Source: Erythrobacter sp. (GTDB lineage: Bacteria > Pseudomonadota > Alphaproteobacteria > Sphingomonadales > Sphingomonadaceae). From it: a DNA stretch of 64,000 bases. This document shows, piece after piece, positions 57,015 through 64,000 of the stretch (its first letter is position 1; the number at the start of each line of letters is the position of its first letter). The translations under genes and the position numbers were made by a program. Where the stretch lies: NCBI RefSeq assembly GCF_036351135.1, contig NZ_JAZBON010000022.1, positions 7,351-71,350 of the forward strand. Reading direction: 5' to 3'. Below the pieces are notes generated by a model, which was given only the letters and a program-made list of their open reading frames with translations, did not search any database and was not told the DNA's origin.

Positions 57015-57082
57015 CAGAGCGGGACGATCCCTGTCGGCGCCGCGCAATTCGCCTGCGCGCGCCGGGCGAGGACCGATAAGAC

Positions 57083-58042
57083 ATGCATGGACGTGTGATG
57101 GCATCGAAATATGGCAGCCGCCGCAAACCCGCCTCGATGCGGCGGTTCGTGGTCGCGGCGCTGGTCTCCTTCCTCGCCGGCGGCGCGCTGGTGGGCTACG
57201 TGGTCTATTACAACCTCACCGACGACGAGCCGGCGCGTTTTGCCGGCGCGGATGTCGGGGCGGGGGCGAGCGGCGCTGTCGCCGAGTCGAGCGAACCGGC
57301 CGTGGGTCCGACCGAGACGATCAACGCCTCGCCAAGCCCGCTCGCCGAAGCGGTCGCCGCGCTCGAAGGCGGCGACACCGAAGGCGCTGCCGAAGCGGTG
57401 ACCCGCGTGGTCGACCAGCAGGGCGGTATCGACCAACGGCTCGCCGCGGCGGAACAGCGCCTCGCGCGGCTCGACCTTCAGGCGCAGGCGGCGGCGGGCA
57501 ATGCAGCGCGCGCCGAGGGCCTGCTCATCGCCTTCGCCACCCGGCGGGCAGTCGAGCGGGGCGCGGAACTGGGCTATCTCGCCGATCAGCTGCGCCTGCG
57601 CTTCGCCGATCAGTGGCCTAATGCGGTCAACACCATCATCACCTTCGCGCGCGATCCGATCCGGCTCGACAATCTCACCGCACGGCTGGACGGCCTCGGC
57701 CCGCAGCTGGTGGAGCGCAGCGAGAACCTGAACTGGGACCGGATCACGCGCGAGCTCGGCCAGCTCTTCGTCATCCGCCGCGAGAGCACCCCTTCGCCGC
57801 AGCCCGCCAGGCGCCTCGAACGCGCGCGCATCGCGCTTGAACAGGGGCGCTACCAGAACGCGATCGACGAAATCCGGAACATGCCCGGAGCGGATCAGGC
57901 GCAAAGCTGGATCCGCGATGCCGAGCGCTATCGCGACGCGATGCAGGCGCTGGAAGTGATCGAAACCGCCGCCGTGCTCGACCAGAGTGGGCTGCGTGAC
58001 GGCGCAGGCAATGCGGTGCGCCAGCCGAGCCCGGTGGAGTAG
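57083..58042 (+). CDS. Membrane-anchored coiled-coil protein, candidate alphaproteobacterial Mic60 (mitofilin-domain) homologue
   Basis: 319 aa. N-terminal TM segment FVVAALVSFLAGGALVGYVVYY, an Ala/Glu/Arg-rich helical middle, and the C-terminal LERARIALEQGRYQNAIDEIRNMPGADQAQSWIRDAERYRDAMQALEVIE. It lies immediately downstream of hemC-hemD. Confidence 0.5.
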   Translation: MHGRVMASKYGSRRKPASMRRFVVAALVSFLAGGALVGYVVYYNLTDDEPARFAGADVGAGASGAVAESSEPAVGPTETINASPSPLAEAVAALEGGDTEGAAEAVTRVVDQQGGIDQRLAAAEQRLARLDLQAQAAAGNAARAEGLLIAFATRRAVERGAELGYLADQLRLRFADQWPNAVNTIITFARDPIRLDNLTARLDGLGPQLVERSENLNWDRITRELGQLFVIRRESTPSPQPARRLERARIALEQGRYQNAIDEIRNMPGADQAQSWIRDAERYRDAMQALEVIETAAVLDQSGLRDGAGNAVRQPSPVE

Positions 58043-58057
58043 GGGTTCCGCAGTGTT

Positions 58058-58163
58058 CCGTTCGCCCTGAGCTTGTCGAAGGGCAAGCTCGAGCGAAGCC
58101 GAGAGCCTGTCTGCGTTCTTGGCAAGCTCGAACGGGTGCCTCGACTTCGCTCAACACGAACGG
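58058..58163. repeat. Second copy (106 bp, opposite orientation) of the 'VRPELVEG'-type palindromic element
   Basis: ccgttcgccctgagcttgtcgaaggg...ctcaacacgaacgg. It lies in the 139-bp gap between convergent genes (stops at 58042 and 58182). Confidence 0.75.
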
Positions 58164-58181
58164 GGTATTGAAAGAGCTATT

Positions 58182-59420
58182 TCAAGCCCGCAAAAGCTCG
58201 GGCAAATCCCCGCTGACCCCGCGCGCTTCATCCATGAAAAAGCTCTTGAGCACAGGCGTGCGCTGCACCGCGGCCATGCCGAGGCGGCGGACGGCGCTCG
58301 CGGCGGTGCCGGGGACGCCGAACAGGCGGGTGAGGCCGTCGGTGGCGAGCGCGACCATGAAAGCATCGAGCCCGCGCCAGTTCTCGTAGCGTTTCAGCAG
58401 CTGCGCATCGCCCGGATCGAGCCCGATGCGCGCGCCTTCGGCCAGCACCTGCACCAGCGCGCCGACATCGCGCAGGCCGAGATTGAGGCCCTGTCCTGCG
58501 ATCGGATGGATTCCGTGCGCCGCATCGCCGACCAGCGCGAGCCGCTCGTCGGTGATCTTGGTGGTGTGGTGAAATCCCAGCGGCCAGCTCGATCGCGCGC
58601 CGACGCTGGTCACCTCGCCCAGGATGTCGCCCATGCGTTTCTGCACCTCGGCCGTGAAGGCCCGGTCGCCGAGCTTGGTAACGGCGCGTCCATCCTCTTC
58701 GGACACCGTCCACACCAGAGAAGACCGATGCGTCCCGTCCGCGTCATCGCGCATTGGCAGCAGCGCGAAGGGGCCGGCGGGGTAGAAGATTTCCCAGGCG
58801 ACGTTGTCGTGGGGCCGCGAATGGGTAAGCCCGGCAATGACCGCGCAGTGACGATAATCCCACTGCGCAATGGTGATGCCCGCTTCCTCGCGCGTGGGCG
58901 AGCCGCGCCCCTCGGCGCCGACCATCAGCCGTCCCTTGAGCTTGCGCCCGTCCGCCAGCACCGCGGCGACGCCGAATTCGCTGCGCTGACGCTCGGCGAT
59001 CTCGGCCTTGCTGGCCCAGTTAATGAGCGGCTCGTCCGCCGCCGCCTCGAACAGGGCAAGGCGCAATCGGCGATTGGGAAACATCCGCCCCAGCGTCCCC
59101 TCATGCGCTTCGGGCGTGAAGTCGAGCCGGCCGGGCTTGTTCTGATCGGTCACCGCAATGCTGGCGATGTCGCAGGCGAAGGGCTCGAGGCTGTCGGCGA
59201 TACCGATATTGCGAAACAGGTGCCAGCTTGCCGTCGAGATTGCAGTCGCGCGGTCGTCGAAGCCTTCCGCGGTCAGATCGGCAGGATCGGCGCGGTCGAC
59301 GACATGGCTCGACAATCCTTGTCGCGCGGCCGCGAGCGCCAGCGTCATGCCGACCAGCCCCCCGCCCAGGATTAGCAGATCGCGCGTTTCGTCATCGGGT
59401 TTGGTGTCTGGCTTGCTCAT
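58182..59420 (-). CDS. UbiH/UbiF/Coq6-family FAD-dependent ubiquinone-biosynthesis hydroxylase
   Basis: 412 aa. LLILGGGLVGMTLALAAARQG (GxGxxG), ALVGDAAHGIHPIAGQGLNLGLRD. Confidence 0.85.
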   Translation of the reverse strand: MSKPDTKPDDETRDLLILGGGLVGMTLALAAARQGLSSHVVDRADPADLTAEGFDDRATAISTASWHLFRNIGIADSLEPFACDIASIAVTDQNKPGRLDFTPEAHEGTLGRMFPNRRLRLALFEAAADEPLINWASKAEIAERQRSEFGVAAVLADGRKLKGRLMVGAEGRGSPTREEAGITIAQWDYRHCAVIAGLTHSRPHDNVAWEIFYPAGPFALLPMRDDADGTHRSSLVWTVSEEDGRAVTKLGDRAFTAEVQKRMGDILGEVTSVGARSSWPLGFHHTTKITDERLALVGDAAHGIHPIAGQGLNLGLRDVGALVQVLAEGARIGLDPGDAQLLKRYENWRGLDAFMVALATDGLTRLFGVPGTAASAVRRLGMAAVQRTPVLKSFFMDEARGVSGDLPELLRA

Positions 59421-59576
59421 GCTTTCGCCCTCGTAGCGCTCTTGCCGCCTTTTGCGAATGCCTCTTGCGCTCGCTAGGGCGGGTCCTACTTCGCAGCGTC
59501 GATGGGAGGCAAGAGACCCGAGGTGACATTCGCTGCATTACGCCCTGCACCAATTGCAAGCGCGTGGTTCGCCTTC

Positions 59577-61655
59577 ATGCGGACGATGCTGCTCGCGATC
59601 GCCGCGGTGCTGCTCGCCATGCCGGGCGGAGCGGTCGCACAGGGCGCGGGCGACGAGGTCGAAGACGCGCGCGCGCTCGAACGGATCGAGCGCGCGGGCG
59701 ATGATCGTATCGCGGTCAGGCTCCTCGCCGATGGGCTCCCGCGCGCGGGCGAAGAATGGATGCTGGCGCTGCGTTTCATCCCGAGCGCCCCGGAATGGCA
59801 TGGCTATTGGGCCAATCCGGGCGATGCGGGGCTGGGCATGGATTTGCGGCTCGATCTGCCCGAAGGCTGGACGATGGGCGAGCCGCTTTATCCGGTACCC
59901 GAAAGGCTGCTGATCTCGGGGTTGATGAACCATATCTACGAGGGCGAATATACCGTGCTCGTGCCGGTCGCCGTGCCCGAGGGGGCAGCGGTGGAGGATT
60001 TCCCGGACGTCACCGGGACGGTCGAATATCTCGCCTGCACCGATCAGATCTGCGTGCCGCAAGGCGCCGTATTGCGCGCCGGCGTGGCGGGGGCGATGGA
60101 CGAGGATTTCGCCGCGTGGCGCGCTCAGGTCGCGCCGATGCTCGACGCGCAGGGGCGTTTCGCGGTGGAGCCGGACACGCTGTGCCTCGCCATCCCGCTG
60201 CCCGAAAGCGTCGCGCTGGACGAACCTCATGTCTTCATCGAGCAGCCGCGGCTGGTCGATTACGCTGCGGTGCAGACCTTCCGGCGCGCGGGCGATCTGC
60301 TGTTGGTCGACATACCCCTGAGCGAATTCGGCACCGGCGAAGCGGAAGACATCTCCGGCATCCTGTCCTTCGGCGAGGCTACCGGTGTCGCCTTCGAGGC
60401 ACGGCCAGGCGAGGTTCCGGTAGGCGGGACGATGATCGCCGGGCCGATCAGCAGCGAGACCCCACCGATCTGGACGCTTATCCTGGGTGCGCTTGTCGGC
60501 GGGCTGATCCTCAACATCATGCCCTGCGTCTTCCCGATCCTCAGCTTGAAGGCACTGTCGCTGGCCCGTGCCGGGGGCGGCGAGGCACGGGCGCGCAGTG
60601 AGGGGCTGGCCTACACCGCCGGCGTCGTCCTTGCCTGCGTTGCGCTGGGCGCGCTGCTTCTCGTCTTGCGGGCGGGCGGCGAGCAGGTTGGCTGGGCGTT
60701 CCAGTTGCAGGAGCCGAGCGTGGTTCTAGCCTTGCTGGCGCTGGCGACGATCATCACGCTCAATTTCGCCGGCACTTTCGAATTGCCGAATATCGACACG
60801 AGCGGCGGCGCGGATCGCAGCGCCTTCGGCACCGGCCTGCTCGCAGCGATCGCGGCGACGCCGTGCACCGGCCCCTTCATGGCCGCGGCATTGGGCGCGG
60901 CGCTGCTGCTGCCCGCGCCGATCGCGCTGTTGTTGTTCGCGATGCTCGGACTGGGGCTCGCGTTTCCCTTTCTCGCAATCGGTTTCGTGCCCGCCCTGCG
61001 CCGCCTGTTGCCGCGACCGGGGCCGTGGATGGAGCGGTTTCGCCGGCTGATGGCGATCCCGATGGGGCTGACCGCGCTCGCTCTCTTATGGCTCGCCGTG
61101 CAGCTGGGCGGGCGCGGTTTCGCGCTGGTGGCGCTGGTCGTGCTGGTCGGCATCACCGTCGCACTGTTCGTGGTCGGGCGGTTGCAGCGCAGCGGAAAGA
61201 TGGCCTGGCCCGCCTTCGGCCTCGTCGCCGCGCCTTTCCTGATTTTTGGCGCCTTCGCCCTGCCGTCGGCCTACGCCCCGCCGGCGCGCGAGCCTATCGC
61301 CTCGCTGCTCGAGCCGCGCCTGTTCAGCCGCGATGCCTTGGCCGACGCGCGGGCGAGCGGGCGGCCGGTTTTCGTCTGGTTCACCGCCGACTGGTGCGTT
61401 ACCTGCAAGGTCAATGAAAGCATCGCCATCGAGCGCGAGGCGACCGCCGCGGCCTTCGAAGAAGCGGGCGTCGTCGCGATGGTCGGCGACTGGACCATTC
61501 GCGACGAAGCGATAACCGCCTTCCTTACCGAACAAGGCGCGGCGGGCGTGCCGCTTTATCTGTGGTACGAACCCGGCGCGGCGGAGCCGGAGCAATTGCC
61601 GCAGGTGCTGACCCCCGACATGCTGGTGGAGCGGGCGGCGCGCTCGAACCCCTAA
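59577..61655 (+). CDS. DsbD/ScsB-like thiol:disulfide interchange protein (periplasmic N-domain, CcdA-type TM core, C-terminal thioredoxin)
   Basis: The start at 59577 gives the signal peptide MRTMLLAIAAVLLAMPGGAVAQG. TM-core Cys motifs IMPCVFPILSLK and ATPCTGPFM. C-terminal FTADWCVTCKVNE (CxxC). Confidence 0.85.
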   Translation: MRTMLLAIAAVLLAMPGGAVAQGAGDEVEDARALERIERAGDDRIAVRLLADGLPRAGEEWMLALRFIPSAPEWHGYWANPGDAGLGMDLRLDLPEGWTMGEPLYPVPERLLISGLMNHIYEGEYTVLVPVAVPEGAAVEDFPDVTGTVEYLACTDQICVPQGAVLRAGVAGAMDEDFAAWRAQVAPMLDAQGRFAVEPDTLCLAIPLPESVALDEPHVFIEQPRLVDYAAVQTFRRAGDLLLVDIPLSEFGTGEAEDISGILSFGEATGVAFEARPGEVPVGGTMIAGPISSETPPIWTLILGALVGGLILNIMPCVFPILSLKALSLARAGGGEARARSEGLAYTAGVVLACVALGALLLVLRAGGEQVGWAFQLQEPSVVLALLALATIITLNFAGTFELPNIDTSGGADRSAFGTGLLAAIAATPCTGPFMAAALGAALLLPAPIALLLFAMLGLGLAFPFLAIGFVPALRRLLPRPGPWMERFRRLMAIPMGLTALALLWLAVQLGGRGFALVALVVLVGITVALFVVGRLQRSGKMAWPAFGLVAAPFLIFGAFALPSAYAPPAREPIASLLEPRLFSRDALADARASGRPVFVWFTADWCVTCKVNESIAIEREATAAAFEEAGVVAMVGDWTIRDEAITAFLTEQGAAGVPLYLWYEPGAAEPEQLPQVLTPDMLVERAARSNP

Positions 61656-61745
61656 GGGTTCGCAAGGGCGACCGCCCGCCCGCAGCGGGCGCAGCTATGC
61701 TGCGCGTCTAGCGAAGATGCAGCCCCGGATGGGGCTGCGCATACA

Positions 61746-62264
61746 TCAATCCTCGCGGCACTGGGCGATCAGGTCGCCGGGCAGTTCGCTGCCGTTGACG
61801 CGCACCATCCCCGCGCCCGGCACGGTGACGGTAAGCGCGCGCGGACCGCGCAGCGGCTCCCACAAACTGTCCGACGCCGCCGCCTCGCCCTGCCAGATAT
61901 TGGCGTCGCCGGCGGCGCGCGCATCGACCGGCAGCCGTCCGATATGACCATTGCCGACCATCGCCAGCAATGCGCCTGCGCCTTCGTCCGCCACGGCGAT
62001 GCGCGTCATCTGCACAGCCGCAGCCTCGGTGCCGCCGAGACATTCGAGCGCCAGCAGCGCCGCTTCTCCCGGCACGCCATAGACGATGCGACCCTCGCGC
62101 GCCTGGGAGCGGGCCCATACGGCGCCTTCGCTGTCGGGCGAGGGCAGCGGCGCCGAGGCGAAGGTCGGTTCGGCTTCGGGCACTTCGCGGCTGAGCCCCG
62201 CATCGCTGGGAGGTGGTTTGCAGGCCCCGATCAGCGCCAGACCGGCAAGCAGGGCGAACCTCAT
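61746..62264 (-). CDS. Lipoprotein of unknown function
   Basis: The start at 62264 (ATGA overlap with the upstream peptidase stop) gives MRFALLAGLALIGAC (lipobox). 172 aa. The longer track ORF (to 62621) overlaps the peptidase gene. Confidence 0.6.
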   Translation of the reverse strand: MRFALLAGLALIGACKPPPSDAGLSREVPEAEPTFASAPLPSPDSEGAVWARSQAREGRIVYGVPGEAALLALECLGGTEAAAVQMTRIAVADEGAGALLAMVGNGHIGRLPVDARAAGDANIWQGEAAASDSLWEPLRGPRALTVTVPGAGMVRVNGSELPGDLIAQCRED

Positions 62265-63769
62265 CGCGCGGCGATGAATGCGCGCAGGTCCTCGGACAGC
62301 TGCACCCGGTCCTCGTCGCGCACATACATCATGTGGCCGGCGTCGTAATATTCGTAGGTGATGCGATCTTGCGGAATGCCGAAGCGATTGAGCGAATATT
62401 CCGCGCCGAAGAAGGGCGTGGCGAAATCGTACCAGCCTTGCGCATTGAATACGCGCAATTCGCTGTTCTGCCGCATCGCCTTGCCGATCATGGGCGCGAC
62501 GTTGAGATAGGCGTTGCGACCCCAACCGCTCCCCAGCGACCAGTCCCAGTTCTGGCCCGGCTCGCTGCCGATCGAATTGTAGCCGCGGTCCGTCTCGAAC
62601 CCTAGTCCCTCGCGCGCCCACTGGTTGATCGCCGCGGTGTAGCCTGCATCGATGCCGTAGAAGCTGGGATCGGCGTCCGGCGTCTCGCCCGCATTATCGA
62701 AATCGGTGCCGGTATAGCGCGCATCGAGCCGCCCGATGGTCAGCCCGCGGTCGCGCAGCAATTCCTTGTAGAAACGCTGGCTGGTGACGCGCAGATTGGC
62801 CTGGTCGAGATAACGCTCCGACAGCCCGGTCAGCTGCGACAACCGCGCGCGCACCGCGGCGCGTTCGGCATCGGGCAGATCCTGCCCCTTGAGCAGCGCG
62901 GTCGCGAATGGCCCGATCGCGAATTGACGCGCTTCCTCGGCGATGGCTTCCACGGAAGGCGCCTCGACCAATCCGTGAAACCACGCCGCCGCCGCCATGT
63001 TGGGCAGCGTCACGACATAGGCCATCTCGTTTCCGGGCGTCGGCTCGCGCGCGGCGAAATCGAGGATGGTAGAGATGAGGATCAGCCCGTTCAGCCCGAC
63101 ATCATTGTAGGTCGACCCTTCGAGCTCATCGACCACCATCGCGGTGCGCGTCGTGCCGTAGCTTTCGCCGCCGAGATATTTGGGGCTCGACCAGCGTCCA
63201 TTGTCATTGATCCAGCGGCGGATGACCTCCGCCACCGCTCGCGCATCCTGCCGGAGGCCGTAATATTTCTCCTTGTCGGTGCCCGACGTCAGGTAGCTGA
63301 AGCCCGTGCCCGGCGGATCGATGAACACGAGATCGGCGACGTCGAGCAGGCTGTCCGGATTGTCGACCAGCGGGTAGGGCGGCGCGCCATCGTCGCGAGC
63401 GTCGGAAGGGATCGCGACCCGCTTCGGTCCCCAGGCGCCCATCTGCAACCAGACCGAACCCGAGCCAGGCCCGCCATTGTAGATGAAGAAGACAGGCCGC
63501 GAGGGATCGCGCGGGTCTTTCACATAAGAGGTGGTGACGATCACCGCTTCCTGCGCGCCGTCATCGCCCTCCAGAATCATCTCGCCGATCGTCGCGGTGT
63601 AGGGCACGCGCACGCCTCCGAACGTGCCGGTGTGCTCGGTGGTGCGAACCTGCGGCTCGATCCGCTCGGCGGCGGCCGGGGTGGAGGCGGCTTCGTCTTG
63701 TGCGAAGGATGGCGCGGCGATCATCAGAAAAGCGAGAGCGCCGAAAGCGCTGCGAAGTAGGCGTGTCAT
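62261..63769 (-). CDS. Secreted serine carboxypeptidase (peptidase S10-like)
   Basis: The start at 63769 gives the signal peptide MTRLLRSAFGALAFLMIAAPSFAQ. Also FFIYNGGPGSGSVWLQMGAWGP, FIDPPGTGFSY and the nucleophile motif GGESYG. Confidence 0.8.
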   Translation of the reverse strand: MTRLLRSAFGALAFLMIAAPSFAQDEAASTPAAAERIEPQVRTTEHTGTFGGVRVPYTATIGEMILEGDDGAQEAVIVTTSYVKDPRDPSRPVFFIYNGGPGSGSVWLQMGAWGPKRVAIPSDARDDGAPPYPLVDNPDSLLDVADLVFIDPPGTGFSYLTSGTDKEKYYGLRQDARAVAEVIRRWINDNGRWSSPKYLGGESYGTTRTAMVVDELEGSTYNDVGLNGLILISTILDFAAREPTPGNEMAYVVTLPNMAAAAWFHGLVEAPSVEAIAEEARQFAIGPFATALLKGQDLPDAERAAVRARLSQLTGLSERYLDQANLRVTSQRFYKELLRDRGLTIGRLDARYTGTDFDNAGETPDADPSFYGIDAGYTAAINQWAREGLGFETDRGYNSIGSEPGQNWDWSLGSGWGRNAYLNVAPMIGKAMRQNSELRVFNAQGWYDFATPFFGAEYSLNRFGIPQDRITYEYYDAGHMMYVRDEDRVQLSEDLRAFIAAR

Positions 63770-63845
63770 GGGACGGCTGCTTGGCAGGCAAAGCCAGAGG
63801 CTGCAAGACCCGCTCACCCGTCTTCGTGACCGGAAATGTCCGCTT

Positions 63846-63883
63846 AAAGAAAAAGGCGACCGAGCCTTCGCTCCGTCGCCTTT
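63846..63883 (-). terminator. Rho-independent terminator candidate
   Basis: GGCGAC (63855-63860) and GTCGCC (63875-63880) form a stem around a 14-nt loop. On the minus strand the stem is followed by TTTTTCTTT. It lies about 35 nt downstream of the minus-strand stop at 63918. Confidence 0.5.
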
Positions 63884-63917
63884 GTTCGCCCGGCTATTGG
63901 GCCGATGCGATCGTCAA

Positions 63918-64000
63918 TCAATCGTCGTCATCGTCGTCATCGTCGTCGTCGCTATCGGTGTCGTAGTCGCGATCGGTATCGACATCACTGTCTTCGGTCT
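63918..64000 (-). CDS. 3' end of an unidentified gene with a poly-Asp C-terminal tail (truncated by the window end)
   Basis: My minus-strand reading gives ...TEDSDVDTDRDYDTDSDDDDDDDDDD-stop (TGA at 63918-63920), with GC-rich third positions (GAC) and a terminator downstream. Only 27 codons are visible. Confidence 0.35.
   Translation of the reverse strand, partial: TEDSDVDTDRDYDTDSDDDDDDDDDD

Noticed and set aside
1-64000. A search by eye for rRNA, tRNA, tmRNA, CRISPR arrays, IS elements and prophage genes.
   Set aside because: None was recognised. Small RNAs and riboswitches cannot be excluded without covariance-model searches.

Overview
High-GC chromosomal segment. Gene content points to an alphaproteobacterium, probably sphingomonad-like: many TonB-dependent receptors, hemC-hemD followed by a Mic60-like gene, and 'VRPELVEG'-type and 'cattgcgagcg'-type palindromic repeats. 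All family calls come from motifs I read by eye in the supplied translations; no search was run. The window has three blocks. (1) 1-20.7 kb is an uptake and catabolic island. It holds two TonB-dependent receptors, a DUF1838 protein, a CitE-like lyase, a MaoC hydratase, an acyl-CoA dehydrogenase, two family-III CoA-transferases, a GntR/HutC regulator, two PrpD-like genes, a PaaK-like ligase, an amidase, an SDR, a PuuE-like deacetylase, a crotonase, a VOC-like protein and a YciI-like protein. Its promoter gaps carry six copies of the palindrome TTTGTCCGGACAAA. (2) 20.8-40.4 kb is the most unusual block, an envelope signalling and secretion locus. A TpsB/TpsA two-partner secretion pair exports a ~2100-aa glycine-rich exoprotein that ends in a ~115-aa Thr-Pro repeat. 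The next gene overlaps the tpsA stop and encodes a signal-peptide-bearing TPR-CHAT (caspase-like) protein. Two CHASE2 sensors flank the pair: one has a PP2C phosphatase output and sits with STAS, MBL-fold and RsbW-like kinase genes, the other has a class III cyclase output. Small secreted FecR-like and OmpA-like partners are also present. No sigma factor, toxin or immunity gene is visible. (3) 40.5-64 kb is housekeeping and amino-acid catabolism (ald, FAH, maiA, gcdH, gpsA, tsaD, hemCD, a UbiH-family hydroxylase, a DsbD-like reductase and others). Its notable feature is a 105-bp palindromic repeat inserted in frame inside tsaD. I saw no rRNA, tRNA, CRISPR, transposase or integrase. Many long ORFs in the track are antisense shadow ORFs of a GC-rich genome.
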